NCBI GenBank assembly: GCA_965644295.1
Contig: CBFFRP010000430.1
Location: 1-64,000, forward strand
Origin: Paraphysomonas bandaiensis
Lineage: Eukaryota > Protista > Chrysophyceae
Reading direction: 5' to 3'
DNA: 64,000 nucleotides
Part shown: in pieces, positions 12,301-22,289 of the stretch
Position numbering within the stretch: position 1 is the stretch's first letter
Layout: every line of letters starts with the position of its first letter
Notes under the pieces: generated by a model
Databases searched by the model: none
Seen by the model: only the letters and a program-made list of their open reading frames with translations
What the model was told of the DNA's origin: nothing
Translations under genes and position numbers: made by a program

Positions 12301-14943
12301 CGAGAAAATGAAGGGCGGGTCATCGAGTTAAACGACCCAATACACGCTGCGGACATCGAAAAGTACACCGCCGAGCACTTTAGTTATCAGAACGCGGTAT
12401 CACCCTCGCAAGAGGAACCAGGATACCCCGTGGAAGGAACAGTTCCAGGGAGGAGCAGTTCAACAGATAGCCGTCATGACGCCACACGGGGCGGGAGTCA
12501 CAGCCATTTGAGAGGACCCTATACTCAAATGAAAAGGACGCCGCAAAGCAGAAGCTCAACGGAATACAGTGCCGAAGGAGGCACGGGGTGACAACAAGTG
12601 TGATCACCCTGCTCGTAAGGTCAAACGAGCTATCAAGACTGTGAATTCCCAGGGTGACAGGAACCGGCAAAGCCCGGATGGCACAATTACGGGTGTAAGG
12701 ACACCCCACCGTCACAAGGTGAGCCGTTGCGTAAAGAAAAGTCTCCACAGCAAGAGACAGACTAGAAAAAGGGTAATTATAAACGTACACAAATTCGGTG
12801 ACAATGTATACCACTGTAATGTTGATAAACGATATCTGTACAACCACAAAACACCTGATAAACATGAGAGTTACAGAACATTATACATGAATGATGTTGA
12901 CATCATTATGCATGCAAATGACATATATGTAGTAGCAATGATGTACCTAACACTCCCAACAATGTTGGTGAGGCACTATCAGGCAGGTACAAGGAACAAT
13001 GGCTAAAGGCCATCAACAAAGAAATCAAGTCTCTAGAGAGCAAAGGCTGTTGGAGGATAACGACACCACCAGCAAATTCCAACATCATAAGGGGAAAATT
13101 CGTATTTAGAGTAAAGGTCAAGCGAGATGAGGTTACCTTCAAGGCGAGGTTAGTGGCTCAAGGTTTCTCCCAGGTCGAGGGTAAAGACTACAACGAAACC
13201 TACAGCCCAGTCGCAAAGGCCACATCAATGAGAACAGTCATAGCACTAGCAACTATACTTGGGTTGGAGCTTCACCAGGTAGATTTCTCTACTGCTTACA
13301 TCAATGCAGACCTCCAAGAGGAAATCTACATGTATCCACCCGCTGGTCTCAATGTTCCAAACGGTAAAGTCCTCAGACTTCTAAAGAGCATATACGGACT
13401 CAAACACCAGATTAGTATCCGACCCGTGCATCTTCAAAAAATCCATCGATGGTCGACTCATAATTCTGGCAGTTTACGTCGATGACATCATTATCGCCGC
13501 TAAAAATAGGACTGACATCACCCGAATCAAGAATTCGTTAGCTGAAAAATTCGACATTCATGATCTCGGCCTCCTAGATTACTACCTCGGCATATTCGTC
13601 AAACAGGATATATAGAATCGAACTACGACACTAAATCAATCTCAATACATACGGAACCTACTCCACAGATTCAACATGGAAGATTGCAAGCCACGTAGTC
13701 ACCCCATGACAACAAATTTCCATATAGACATTCTCGAAAAGAAACAACTATCCCAAGAAAATCAAGAATTTGTCCAAAATTTTCCTTACAAGGAGCTGTA
13801 TATTGCTGTGTGCACTAGACCTGATATTGCATATGCTGTAAACACCCTTGCTCGTTTCAGTACTAACCCAAATCTAACTACATGCAAAGCCGCATTAAAC
13901 ATACTTAGGTACCTCAAAGGCGCCATCGATCAAGGTCTACAGTACTCCGGGAAGTCTGTTACCTTAACCGGATTCGCTGACAGTGATTGGGCACGCTGCA
14001 ACTTAACTCGCAGGTCGACCACAGCGTTTTGCTTCTTTATTGGAAATTGTCTCATTTCCTGGCGAAATCACGACTCCAGACCACTGTAGCTCTATCCTCT
14101 ACAGAAGCGGAGTACATGGCACTATCAACAGCATGTCAAGAAGCTATTTGGCTACGGTCACTACTCTCGGAATTGGGCTTCCACATGCCATACTCAACAA
14201 CCATATGGTGTGACAACAAAGGTGCAATTCAACTATGCCTAAACCCCGTACACCACCGACGAACAAAACATATTGCCATCAGATATCACTTCATAAGAGA
14301 ACAAGTCGCATCGCACTCTATTATTGTTGATTACATGCCTACAAACGAGATGCTGGCCGACATTCTAACTAAACCCCTCACATCAAACACGTTCCACAGA
14401 TTGCGGGATTCACTAATGGGGGGGGAGGTATTAACATACCTGCTATAGCAGTAAAAGAACAAAAGTATCTATCCCACCGGCAGAGAACTCAACCAAGAGA
14501 CCACGATGGATGACTTAGAGATCTACGGAGTTTTCCACGAGTATGCTGTATGTTGACATCAGTGTAATCCACAATCTGTGATTGCACTCGTGGGTTTTAC
14601 CCTCAGTAGAACTATCTCCAATAATATACATCTATATCCATATATATATCTATGTATACGTCATATGATTATTTCATTGAGGGGGAGTATTAGGAGTCAT
14701 TGATTCACGTATATCTCTTAACGCGTGAATACAACACACGTATACAATGAAATACCAAGTAGACTGAATAATTACCAAGCTATACATGATACGCGACTGT
14801 ACAAGATACGCACATGTGTGGTGCTAACGCTCTGCTCAAACGTGTCTTGCTATTATACTATTAGGCCCTATCGTTCAATCTTTATCTCTAATAATATCAA
14901 GTATATCCTTGCTAAATATCAAGACTAACCTTAAATCTTATTT
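9391..14943 (+). mobile_element. Ty1/Copia LTR retrotransposon, coding-defective, inserted in the 5' LTR of the outer element
   Basis: Identical 256-bp LTRs (9398-9653, 14688-14943), TSD atgtg (9386-9390, 14944-14948), PBS-like tggcagcgg (9654), PPT gagggggag (14679-14687). Domain order gag (CX2CX4HX4C), protease (ILDSGC), integrase (ADGGRE..ER), RT (YVDD), RNaseH (ADSDWA, ADILTK). Confidence 0.95.
9663..14448 (+). pseudogene. Copia gag-pol with in-frame stops, frameshifts and deletions
   Basis: Starts MSSKTN..FDAKNFSKWQKK at 9663. Stops near 9795, 10846, 10939 and 12055. Apparent deletions after YGLK and in FPYKE-LYI. Confidence 0.9.
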
Positions 14944-15955
14944 ATGTGTACATAGATAGAGGTGGGCGGCCGCAGCACTCAGCAGCACCCACTGGGGTGC
15001 CGCACGCAGTAATTAGTTACGCTGTCAATATGGGGCAGATAAAACAATGTATATGGTCACAGTCTATGTACAGTACATGTACAGTCTTTGTACAGCAGTA
15101 TGTGAAGTGAAGTGTTAATCATCATGATGTGTCTCTATGTACTTTAAGGTCACACGTCCATATGAACCTACACATAGCCATATATAGTCCATCATCATCA
15201 GCAGATACATACATACATTCGTATTCTGAGTCCTCCACATGACTGTATGTCTCACTGATCAATAGATACAGTAGTGACTAGTAGTTATGTCTGGTGTTGA
15301 CATGTAGCTATGGTTAACTATACACTGTACTGTACTGTACTCTACTATACACTATACTGTACTCTACTGTACACTATACTGTACTGTACACTGTACTCTT
15401 AAATGTTAACATGTCAAAAGCTGATAATCGCGATGTGTTTCTTGTGTATGTCGCCAAGCAAGCACTAGCTAGATCTACTTTATACTTGCGTGTCTCATAC
15501 ATGATTACGAGAAACCTCGCATATGCAGAGGTGGAGGGGAGCTGAGCCCGATGCTTGTTATACCTACACAGTACAGTCATGGACCATACGTACGAGAGTA
15601 CTCGCATATTATTAATCAAAGGAGGGGGGCACATGGTCTTGCAGATGAACTAAGTTTTAGTGTTATTGTCATTCATGGGTACGAGAATACCCGTCTATAT
15701 ATGAGCAGCCAACATGGTTACGAAGTAGGGAAGTCGACGTCTGTAATTTAATTTCTCTTTCACTTTGTCGTCGTGCTGGTTGATTAGTTTATCATTATAT
15801 AAACACATCCTACATAGATAAGAAAATAGTTCGGTGCACATACTACAATGTACTGAATGTCATAGGGTCCAAACTACGAAGCATAGTTGCAAGTTCATTG
15901 CAACAAACCTATTAATAACCAATTTCAAAAACATATACACACACAACATGAGTAC

Positions 15956-17788
15956 TCAATAGAATGGAGGGTCCTGTGAATAAAGCATCTTCAGAACATC
16001 CAAGACGAGTCTACCTTCAGTAGCCGCATCTTCGCAAGTTTCTTCGTCCCATGGAATTGGAGCGTCCATATCTGAACGAAGCCACTCCAGAACATCCATG
16101 TTTCTACCATCAGCAGCAGCATCTTCGCAAGTTTCTTCATCCGATGGACATGGAGAGAACTGTGAACGAAGCCACTCCAGAACATCCAGGTGGCCACCAT
16201 CATCAGCAGCATCTTCGCAAGTGGACTCCTCCCATGGACAGGGAGGGTCCTGTGAACGGAGCCACTTCAGAACATCCAAATATCCACCATCAGCAGCCGC
16301 TTTGCATGTTTCTTCATCCCATGGACATGGAGGGTCTTGTGAACGAAGCCACTTCAGGACATCCAAGTGTCCACCAGCAGCAGCAGCTGCGCAAGTGAGT
16401 TCATCCCATGGACATGGAGGGTCTTGTGAACGAAGCCACTTCAGGACATCCAACTGGCCACCACTAGCAGCAGCTTTGCAAGTGACATCACCCCATGGGC
16501 ATGGAGGGTCCTGTGAACGGAGCCACTTGAGAACATCGAAGTGTCCACCACGAGCAGCTTCACTGCAAGTGAGTTCACCCCATGGGCATGGAGGGTCCTG
16601 TGAACGAAGCCACTGCAGAACATCCAAGTGGCCATATCTTGCAGCTTCACTGCAAGTTAATTCATCCCATGGACATGGCGGGTCCTGTGAACGAAGCCAC
16701 TTAAGAACATCCATATACCCACCAGCAGCAGCCTCCATGCAAGTGTTCTCACCCCATGGACATGGAGGGTCCTGTGAACGAAGCCACTTAAGAACATCCA
16801 TATACCCACCAGCAGCAGCCTCCATGCAAGTGTTCTCACCCCATGGACATGGAGGGTCCTGTGAACGGAGCCACTTCAGGACATCCAACCTGTCAAAAGC
16901 AGCAGCCTCCATGCAAGTGTTCTCACCCCATGGACATGGAGGGTCCTGTGAACGAAGCCACTGCAGAACATCCAAATATCCAGCATCAGCAGCCGCATTG
17001 CAAGTGAGTTCATTCCACGGGCATGGAGGGTCCCGAGAACGGAGCCAATGCAGAACATCTAAGTAGCCAAAAGCAGCAGCCGTATTGCAAGTGGACTCAT
17101 CCCATGGGCATGGAGGGTCCTGTGAACGAAGCCATTGCAAAACATCCATATACCCACCAGCAGCAGCCTCAATGCAAGTTTCTTCATCCCATGGACATGG
17201 AGGGTCCTGTGAACGAAGCCACTTAAGAACATCCAAGTATCCACCACCAGCAGCTTCACTGCAAGTGAGTTCATCCCATGGACACGGAGGGTCCTGTGAA
17301 CGAAGCCACTTCAGAACATCTACGTGTCCACCAGCAGCGGCAGCAGTAGAAGTGTCGTCATCCCATGGACATGGAGGGTCATGTGAACGAAGCCACTTCA
17401 AAACATCCAAGTAGCCACCACTAGCAGCAGCTTTGCAAGTGAGTTCACCCCATGGACATGGAGGATCCTGCATATGTGGAGGTGTGTATATGAGGCTCAT
17501 GATGTATTTCATCTGCTGTAGTCTGCCGTATTGTGCACATGTATTCATTAGTTGGGTGTGTGGGCAGCCCATAGCCAGAGCCCATGAGACCATTGAGTTG
17601 GTCATACAGTAGTGAGATGCATGTGACTCAAGTCTCTCTCTGCTCTTATCAGTGTAGACTATATCGTGAAATCTCTTACAAGTCATGATCACTGGAAGGA
17701 CAGCCGTGTGTGGGATCATAGAGATGATGAGACGAACAACATCATCATTAAGAGCAGATATATGCGACATATATGAACACTGATTCAT
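15956..17788 (-). CDS. F-box-like plus ankyrin-repeat protein (CPWDE type, ~17 x 29-aa repeats)
   Basis: N-terminal LNDDVVRLIISMI..VIMTCKRFH is F-box-like. 87-bp tandem units encode PCPWDExTCxxAAxGGHLDVLKWLRSQDP. Intronless and intact. Confidence 0.9.
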   Translation of the reverse strand: MNQCSYMSHISALNDDVVRLIISMIPHTAVLPVIMTCKRFHDIVYTDKSRERLESHASHYCMTNSMVSWALAMGCPHTQLMNTCAQYGRLQQMKYIMSLIYTPPHMQDPPCPWGELTCKAAASGGYLDVLKWLRSHDPPCPWDDDTSTAAAAGGHVDVLKWLRSQDPPCPWDELTCSEAAGGGYLDVLKWLRSQDPPCPWDEETCIEAAAGGYMDVLQWLRSQDPPCPWDESTCNTAAAFGYLDVLHWLRSRDPPCPWNELTCNAAADAGYLDVLQWLRSQDPPCPWGENTCMEAAAFDRLDVLKWLRSQDPPCPWGENTCMEAAAGGYMDVLKWLRSQDPPCPWGENTCMEAAAGGYMDVLKWLRSQDPPCPWDELTCSEAARYGHLDVLQWLRSQDPPCPWGELTCSEAARGGHFDVLKWLRSQDPPCPWGDVTCKAAASGGQLDVLKWLRSQDPPCPWDELTCAAAAAGGHLDVLKWLRSQDPPCPWDEETCKAAADGGYLDVLKWLRSQDPPCPWEESTCEDAADDGGHLDVLEWLRSQFSPCPSDEETCEDAAADGRNMDVLEWLRSDMDAPIPWDEETCEDAATEGRLVLDVLKMLYSQDPPFY

Positions 17789-17881
17789 GGTTTATATGAC
17801 TAATAGAGTGGTAATCTACAAGACGAGTGCAGTACTGTAATAGTGCTCTCTCATTGTGTTACTCTATTGTGTATATGCATA

Positions 17882-18020
17882 CAGGGGGTGGTTGTGTGTA
17901 TCGATCATTGAAAAGTCATGGATTTTTCATTAAAAAGTCACTTTTTCTCACTTTTCAATGAAAAATCCATGACTTTTCAATGAAATAAACGATGACCAAA
18001 TCAATAAAAACCACCCCCAG
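17882..18020. mobile_element. MITE, Tc1/mariner-like, 139 bp
   Basis: TA|cagggggtggtt ... aaccacccccag|TA terminal inverted repeats (1 mismatch), plus a perfect internal 27-bp IR tcattgaaaagtcatggatttttcatt / aatgaaaaatccatgacttttcaatga. Confidence 0.75.
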
Positions 18021-18402
18021 TATAGTACTCGAAACACAGCATATTACAGAAAAACATGGCTTTTTTACCTGGTCGCATACAGAATTCCCGCTTCTACGAT
18101 TTTTTGTTTACACTGTATAGCACAGTGTACCGGTGTACGTAGTGTAGTGTACAGCAGTCTACATACTGTACATACAGTACTTCTTGGAAATCGTGTCTGA
18201 TTTTGGGGCTTTCAAAAAAAAATATGTAAAAAATGCGTTTTTACCCAAAAAAAATGCCCATAATAATATAATCATAAAAATCCCCCACTTCTAGACTTGC
18301 TTTGATGGAACACTACGTCGTACTGTATGACAGCACTGTGCTGTACTGTACTGTAGGAATTCCTACTGCTGTCTCGGTGTGTTAATACCACTCAGCATAT
18401 CT

Positions 18403-18481
18403 ACATACATACATACATACATACATACATACATACATACATACATACATACATACATACATACATACATACATACATACA

Positions 18482-18511
<30 letters not shown>
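18403..18511. repeat. (TACA)n microsatellite
   Basis: Direct observation. Confidence 0.98.
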
Positions 18512-18513
<2 letters not shown>

Positions 18514-18881
18514 CGTATATTGATTGACGCGAAGGACAATCATGGTGGTAAGATCAATTTGGGAAAAGCAATCAAAAAAGGAAAACAAGCAGCGGCACTT
18601 GCCAACAAAGCATCCAAAGCGGTGGTTGGCGAGTCACTCACAGATATGGCGGTCAATCGTCTTGAGGAAGAAGCGGTCAATCGCGATGTGAATGTAAAGG
18701 TAGCCAAGCGCGTCAGCAAAGTTGGTAAAAAAGCGGCCTCAAATTATGTCGGTGGTTCGGTCACAGGCGATGCGTATGTGTACTCATATCAAGGTTAATG
18801 GGACCAGCACATCCTGCAATGGATCCGTATAACTGAAGCAGTGGAAAAGGAAAACGCGGTGGTTCGATTTTACTATCCTAA
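18512..18881 (+). pseudogene. PLV/virophage-like basic core-protein precursor (pVII/pX-like), frameshifted and 5'-truncated
   Basis: GGKINLGKAIKKG...YVGGS, then after a frameshift RLMGPAHPAMDPYN*SSGKGKRGGSILLS*. Lys-rich with GG sites; directly upstream of an adenain protease. Confidence 0.5.
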
Positions 18882-18892
18882 TACATAAACGA

Positions 18893-19366
18893 ATGGAACT
18901 AGGAATTATAACATCCTCGCAGTTGACTTGATTGGGAAAACAAATGGGGTTTCGAATATATGTGGTTGGTAAACACCAATTAGTCAACCGAACTCCCATT
19001 CAAAATGAAATGATTATCGTCAACATCGATGACGGCTCCAAAGGTACACATTGGGTTGCCATATTTTCACGGGGTAAACGTTATTTATATTTCGACTCCT
19101 TTGCCCTCGCGCCACCAACAAATATCGCGGCGTATATTAAACGTGTGAATGGAAACAAAAAAATACCCTACAACAATTCTAAACTACCGGATCCTCGTGC
19201 AGAATCGTGTGGTTATTGGTGCGTGCTCTGGTTAGACTATATGAGAAAGCGATCCGTTCTGACAAAATGGTCACTTACCCGAATTCACAACATATTCACT
19301 TCACTATTCAAGAATGTGGAACAAAACGAAATCATATTGCACAAACTATACTCCGGCTTTTTATAG
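18893..19366 (+). pseudogene. Adenain-family (Polinton/PLV/virophage) cysteine maturation protease
   Basis: IVNIDDGSKGTHWVA, YFDSFALAPP and SCGYWC give the His-Asp-Cys triad. Probable start ATG 18893 is interrupted by in-frame TGA at 18929-18931. The oxyanion Gln position reads Pro. Confidence 0.85.
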
Positions 19367-19387
19367 TGCTCTACTAGTAAAAAGTAG

Positions 19388-19835
19388 ATGATTCACTATA
19401 AATCCACTACCCGAGCCACCACGCCCACTGCAACACTCACGCGACGACGGCAAGTCGCAGCCACCACTCATTCCCAATAAACGCGTCTTCGGGGTTCTTT
19501 TTGAAGGAACGGAACAGGAAATAAAACGAATTCGAGACGAGAAACATGCGTGCGAATTTGTTAAAGCAGTTCGTACCCATTTGCAAAACAAATACAGCGA
19601 CCGGATATTGCTGTGTACGATGCAATGTGTTGAAAATTTCATCTTGGGGAAATCACGGGGTTTATTCCGCGAACGACTTGTCATCGAATGTGTGTCTGAT
19701 TTTTTCGGCGGTGACGAAGATATCATTCGCAAAATGATCCAACTCCTCATGCCAAACATTAAAAACTACAAATGGTTCCGCCGTAACATGAAGAAAGCAA
19801 TCCGTTTTTTTGCAAACTTGCTTTTGACGAAGTAA
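19388..19835 (+). CDS. PLV-like hypothetical protein with damaged start
   Basis: Frame open 19392-19835; ATG at 19388 is out of frame by one base. LLCTMQCVENF...RERLVIE..FFG..DIIRKMIQLL resembles small conserved PLV ORFs. Viral-style tight packing. Confidence 0.5.
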
Positions 19836-19938
19836 CCTCACACCTCACAAGAAAATCGATTCAAATTGGATTAAATTGGATTTCGATATATCCTTCCACT
19901 CATACTCGCCGCCGTGTAATATATACTAGAAAGAAATA

Positions 19939-20738
19939 TTATTCAGTTGACGACTCAAGACTCCATGTATCACCTGTCAATCTAAAGTTGATCGTATTAA
20001 ACATAATATAACCGGCAGATGCGATTACAATCCGTATGATTGAATATCTCTTTGTTGTTGTCACCGGTTCAGTATATAAAGTTGAGTCTTGAGTTGCTGG
20101 AAATGCTACGTCATCTATATAACTCCATGTTGTTCCATCATCGGAACCAAGGATATAACAAGCTTTCATTGTTCTTTCCTGTTGTGTGCTTCTTTCCTGT
20201 GTTGATATAGATGTCAATCGCATCTTAAAAGGTAGTTGTATTTGCACCCATTCTCCATCTATGGAGTGTGATGTATCATACATTGTTGAGAAGTAATAAT
20301 CTGTTCCATTACTTCCTATATAATTGCCGGTTGTTCCATCATAAGCTTCACCAGATGGCATCGCATAAAAAACACCGTCTCTATAATTGTCTATACCATT
20401 CGGACCCGTGTTATTTCTGTTATTGCCCCAGAAAGTCTCATTACTATCATCAAATAATAAGTTACATAAATTTAAAGGATCTACCGTCCTGTACCTATAC
20501 CATATGAAGAGCATTTCAAATTGTAGTCTCCGTTTGCATATGCGGTTGGACCACTGCCCGCGGAATAAGTTTTCGTCATATGAGTGTCAAATACATCTTG
20601 ACCGTCAAAAACCGATCTCAAACCCGTGAAATCATTTGGGAATGTCACATCAGATTGATACATGGTGTTGGTGAGTGCGGGTGGGCTTTGGTGGGGGCGG
20701 GTTGTATAACTATTGATGAGTGAGAGAGAGCTCAACAT
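19939..20738 (-). pseudogene. Viral fibre/adhesin-like protein with a discoidin (F5/8 type C)-like domain, frameshifted
   Basis: Two overlapping ORFs (20481-20792, 19939-20514). GEWVQIQLP...ILGSDDGTTWSYID is a discoidin-like motif. Start approximate. Confidence 0.6.
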
Positions 20739-20779
20739 TTTTTTTGTTATTACATATGGGGTCAGAAAGAGCGATTCTG

Positions 20780-21117
20780 AAAAAACACACATAGATTTTA
20801 AATTAATTTGATTTTTTCAAAAATTTTTGTGTGTTTAAAAAAAAAAACTGGAACGGCAATCAATTTTGGAGGGTGCGGGCGTCAAAATAATTTTATATAT
20901 ATATATTCAATTCTGGCGCCCGAATAAAAAAGTTGGAGTTCAAATCCTCGATTCTGATTGGTGGAAAAAAACACACATAGATTTTAAATGAATTTGATTT
21001 TTTTTAAAGTTTTGTGTGTTTTTTGAAAAAAACTTGTACGGCAATCAATTTGGGAGGGATCGGGCGTCAAAATAAATTTATATATATATATTCAATTCCG
21101 GCGCCCGAATAAAAAAA
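20780..21117. repeat. Two diverged ~150-bp direct repeats (period ~185 bp) ending the viral block
   Basis: aaaaaacacacatagattttaaat...cggcaatcaattt..gggcgtcaaaataa..tatatatatatattcaatt..ggcgcccgaataaaaaa occurs twice. Confidence 0.9.
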
Positions 21118-21309
21118 TAAATATCTAATCTTGTCCCTAATTGTTGAAATGGACTAGTCAACCGTGCGGCCTGGTCCACGGCGACTTAGGGTAAGAAAAG
21201 GATGGTGGTCAAATGAGTTGTGTGGGACACTCTCCTTAGTCACAGTGACCGAGTTGATCACATATGGGAATACTGTACTACAGTTGTGTTTAGGAATACG
21301 GGTGGGGGG

Positions 21310-21594
21310 TGCCCCATTCTGAGCGCGTACTTAGGTAGATTCGGATGGGGGTCGGGTGAATACCTAACTAATACTTGATTTAAGTCCCATACGTTATTTT
21401 CTAGCTACCTACTGAATCCAACTAGCTACATCATTATCACACGGTATTCAGCGCTGAATATGCAGTGAGAACCCAGAGTGGGGAACTGCTGAACTAAGCA
21501 ATGTGTACATAGATAGAGGTGGGCGGCCGCAGCACTCAGCAGCACCCACTGGGGGGCCGCACGCAGTAATTAGTTACGCTGTCAATATGGGGCA
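21310..21594 (+). repeat. Intact 3' LTR of the outer element; shows the empty Copia target site
   Basis: Contains aagcaATGTGtacat once, whereas the 5' copy has ATGTG duplicated around the Copia. Confidence 0.9.
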
Positions 21595-22289
21595 CCTATG
21601 AGTGGATGATAGGGTGAATCAGGGCTAGGAAACAATATATTGAATTGCAATACATTGTACAATATATAGTAATATGTAATATATTGTAAAATATATTGAT
21701 TGTTCGACCGGCCAAAAATCCCATCAGGGTGTATTAGCTACAAACCTCACCTCAGTCGAATGAACATTTTCTACTCCCACTGTAATCCTGTCTATGACCT
21801 AGTTAGTGGGTACCGCAGAGCAGGGCTAGGGAAATATATTGCTCACAGGAGAACAACATTTTGGCCTGCGCAACATGCGATAGAAAAAGGAGCTTTGACA
21901 TCTGACATATGTTGCAGTCATAATGATAAAGTCTTAAACATTGAGAATTATATATATATATATGATAAATTATTTTTTATACTTTTGTCAAATTTGATTA
22001 TTTTTGTCAAATATTTTATGCTATCATAATATCATAGATAGTACACGGCAACCTATACTGCTTACTACAGAAGCCTGCTTTAACTTACAGACCACTACAT
22101 ATGACTTGCTGTTTATCACCTAACGTACCGAATTTAGAGACATAATTGTGATGAGACCGAGACTCACTCCACATAGCATAGACGAGATTTACCATCTGTC
22201 CAGAAGGCGGTCATCAGTCCCCAATATACTTATGATTCATGTGCTATCTACTGGAAATTGCGGCTAACTCCTAAAGTTTAACGCCTCGA

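Larger units (their letters stand above)
9195..21594 (+). mobile_element. Non-autonomous LTR-type element (LARD-like) containing gene cargo
   Basis: 285-bp direct repeats tgccccat...atggggca at 9195-9390+14949-15037 and 21310-21594, with ~5 substitutions. TSD cctat at 9190-9194 and 21595-21599. Polypurine tract gggtgggggg abuts the 3' repeat. No gag/pol of its own and no clear PBS. Confidence 0.8.

Noticed and set aside
16051-17414. Plus-strand ORFs with SSHGHGGSCERSH repeats
   Set aside because: Antisense shadows of the ankyrin gene.
15956-17470. Regular 87-bp repeats as a CRISPR-like array
   Set aside because: They are in-frame coding ankyrin units with no unique spacers and no cas genes; the context is eukaryotic.
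9663-19366. Alternative genetic code (TGA as sense)
   Set aside because: TAA stops and frameshifts co-occur in the same elements, and host genes end in TGA (e.g. 3294-3296, 6733-6735).
9195-21594. The two 285-bp repeats as independent MITEs (8-bp TIRs)
   Set aside because: Neither copy has its own TSD. The TSD matches only across the outer flanks and a PPT precedes the second copy, which favours paired LTRs.
21620-21845. Two cagggctagg..aatatattg motifs resembling hAT/MITE ends
   Set aside because: Same orientation, no inverted partner or TSD found.
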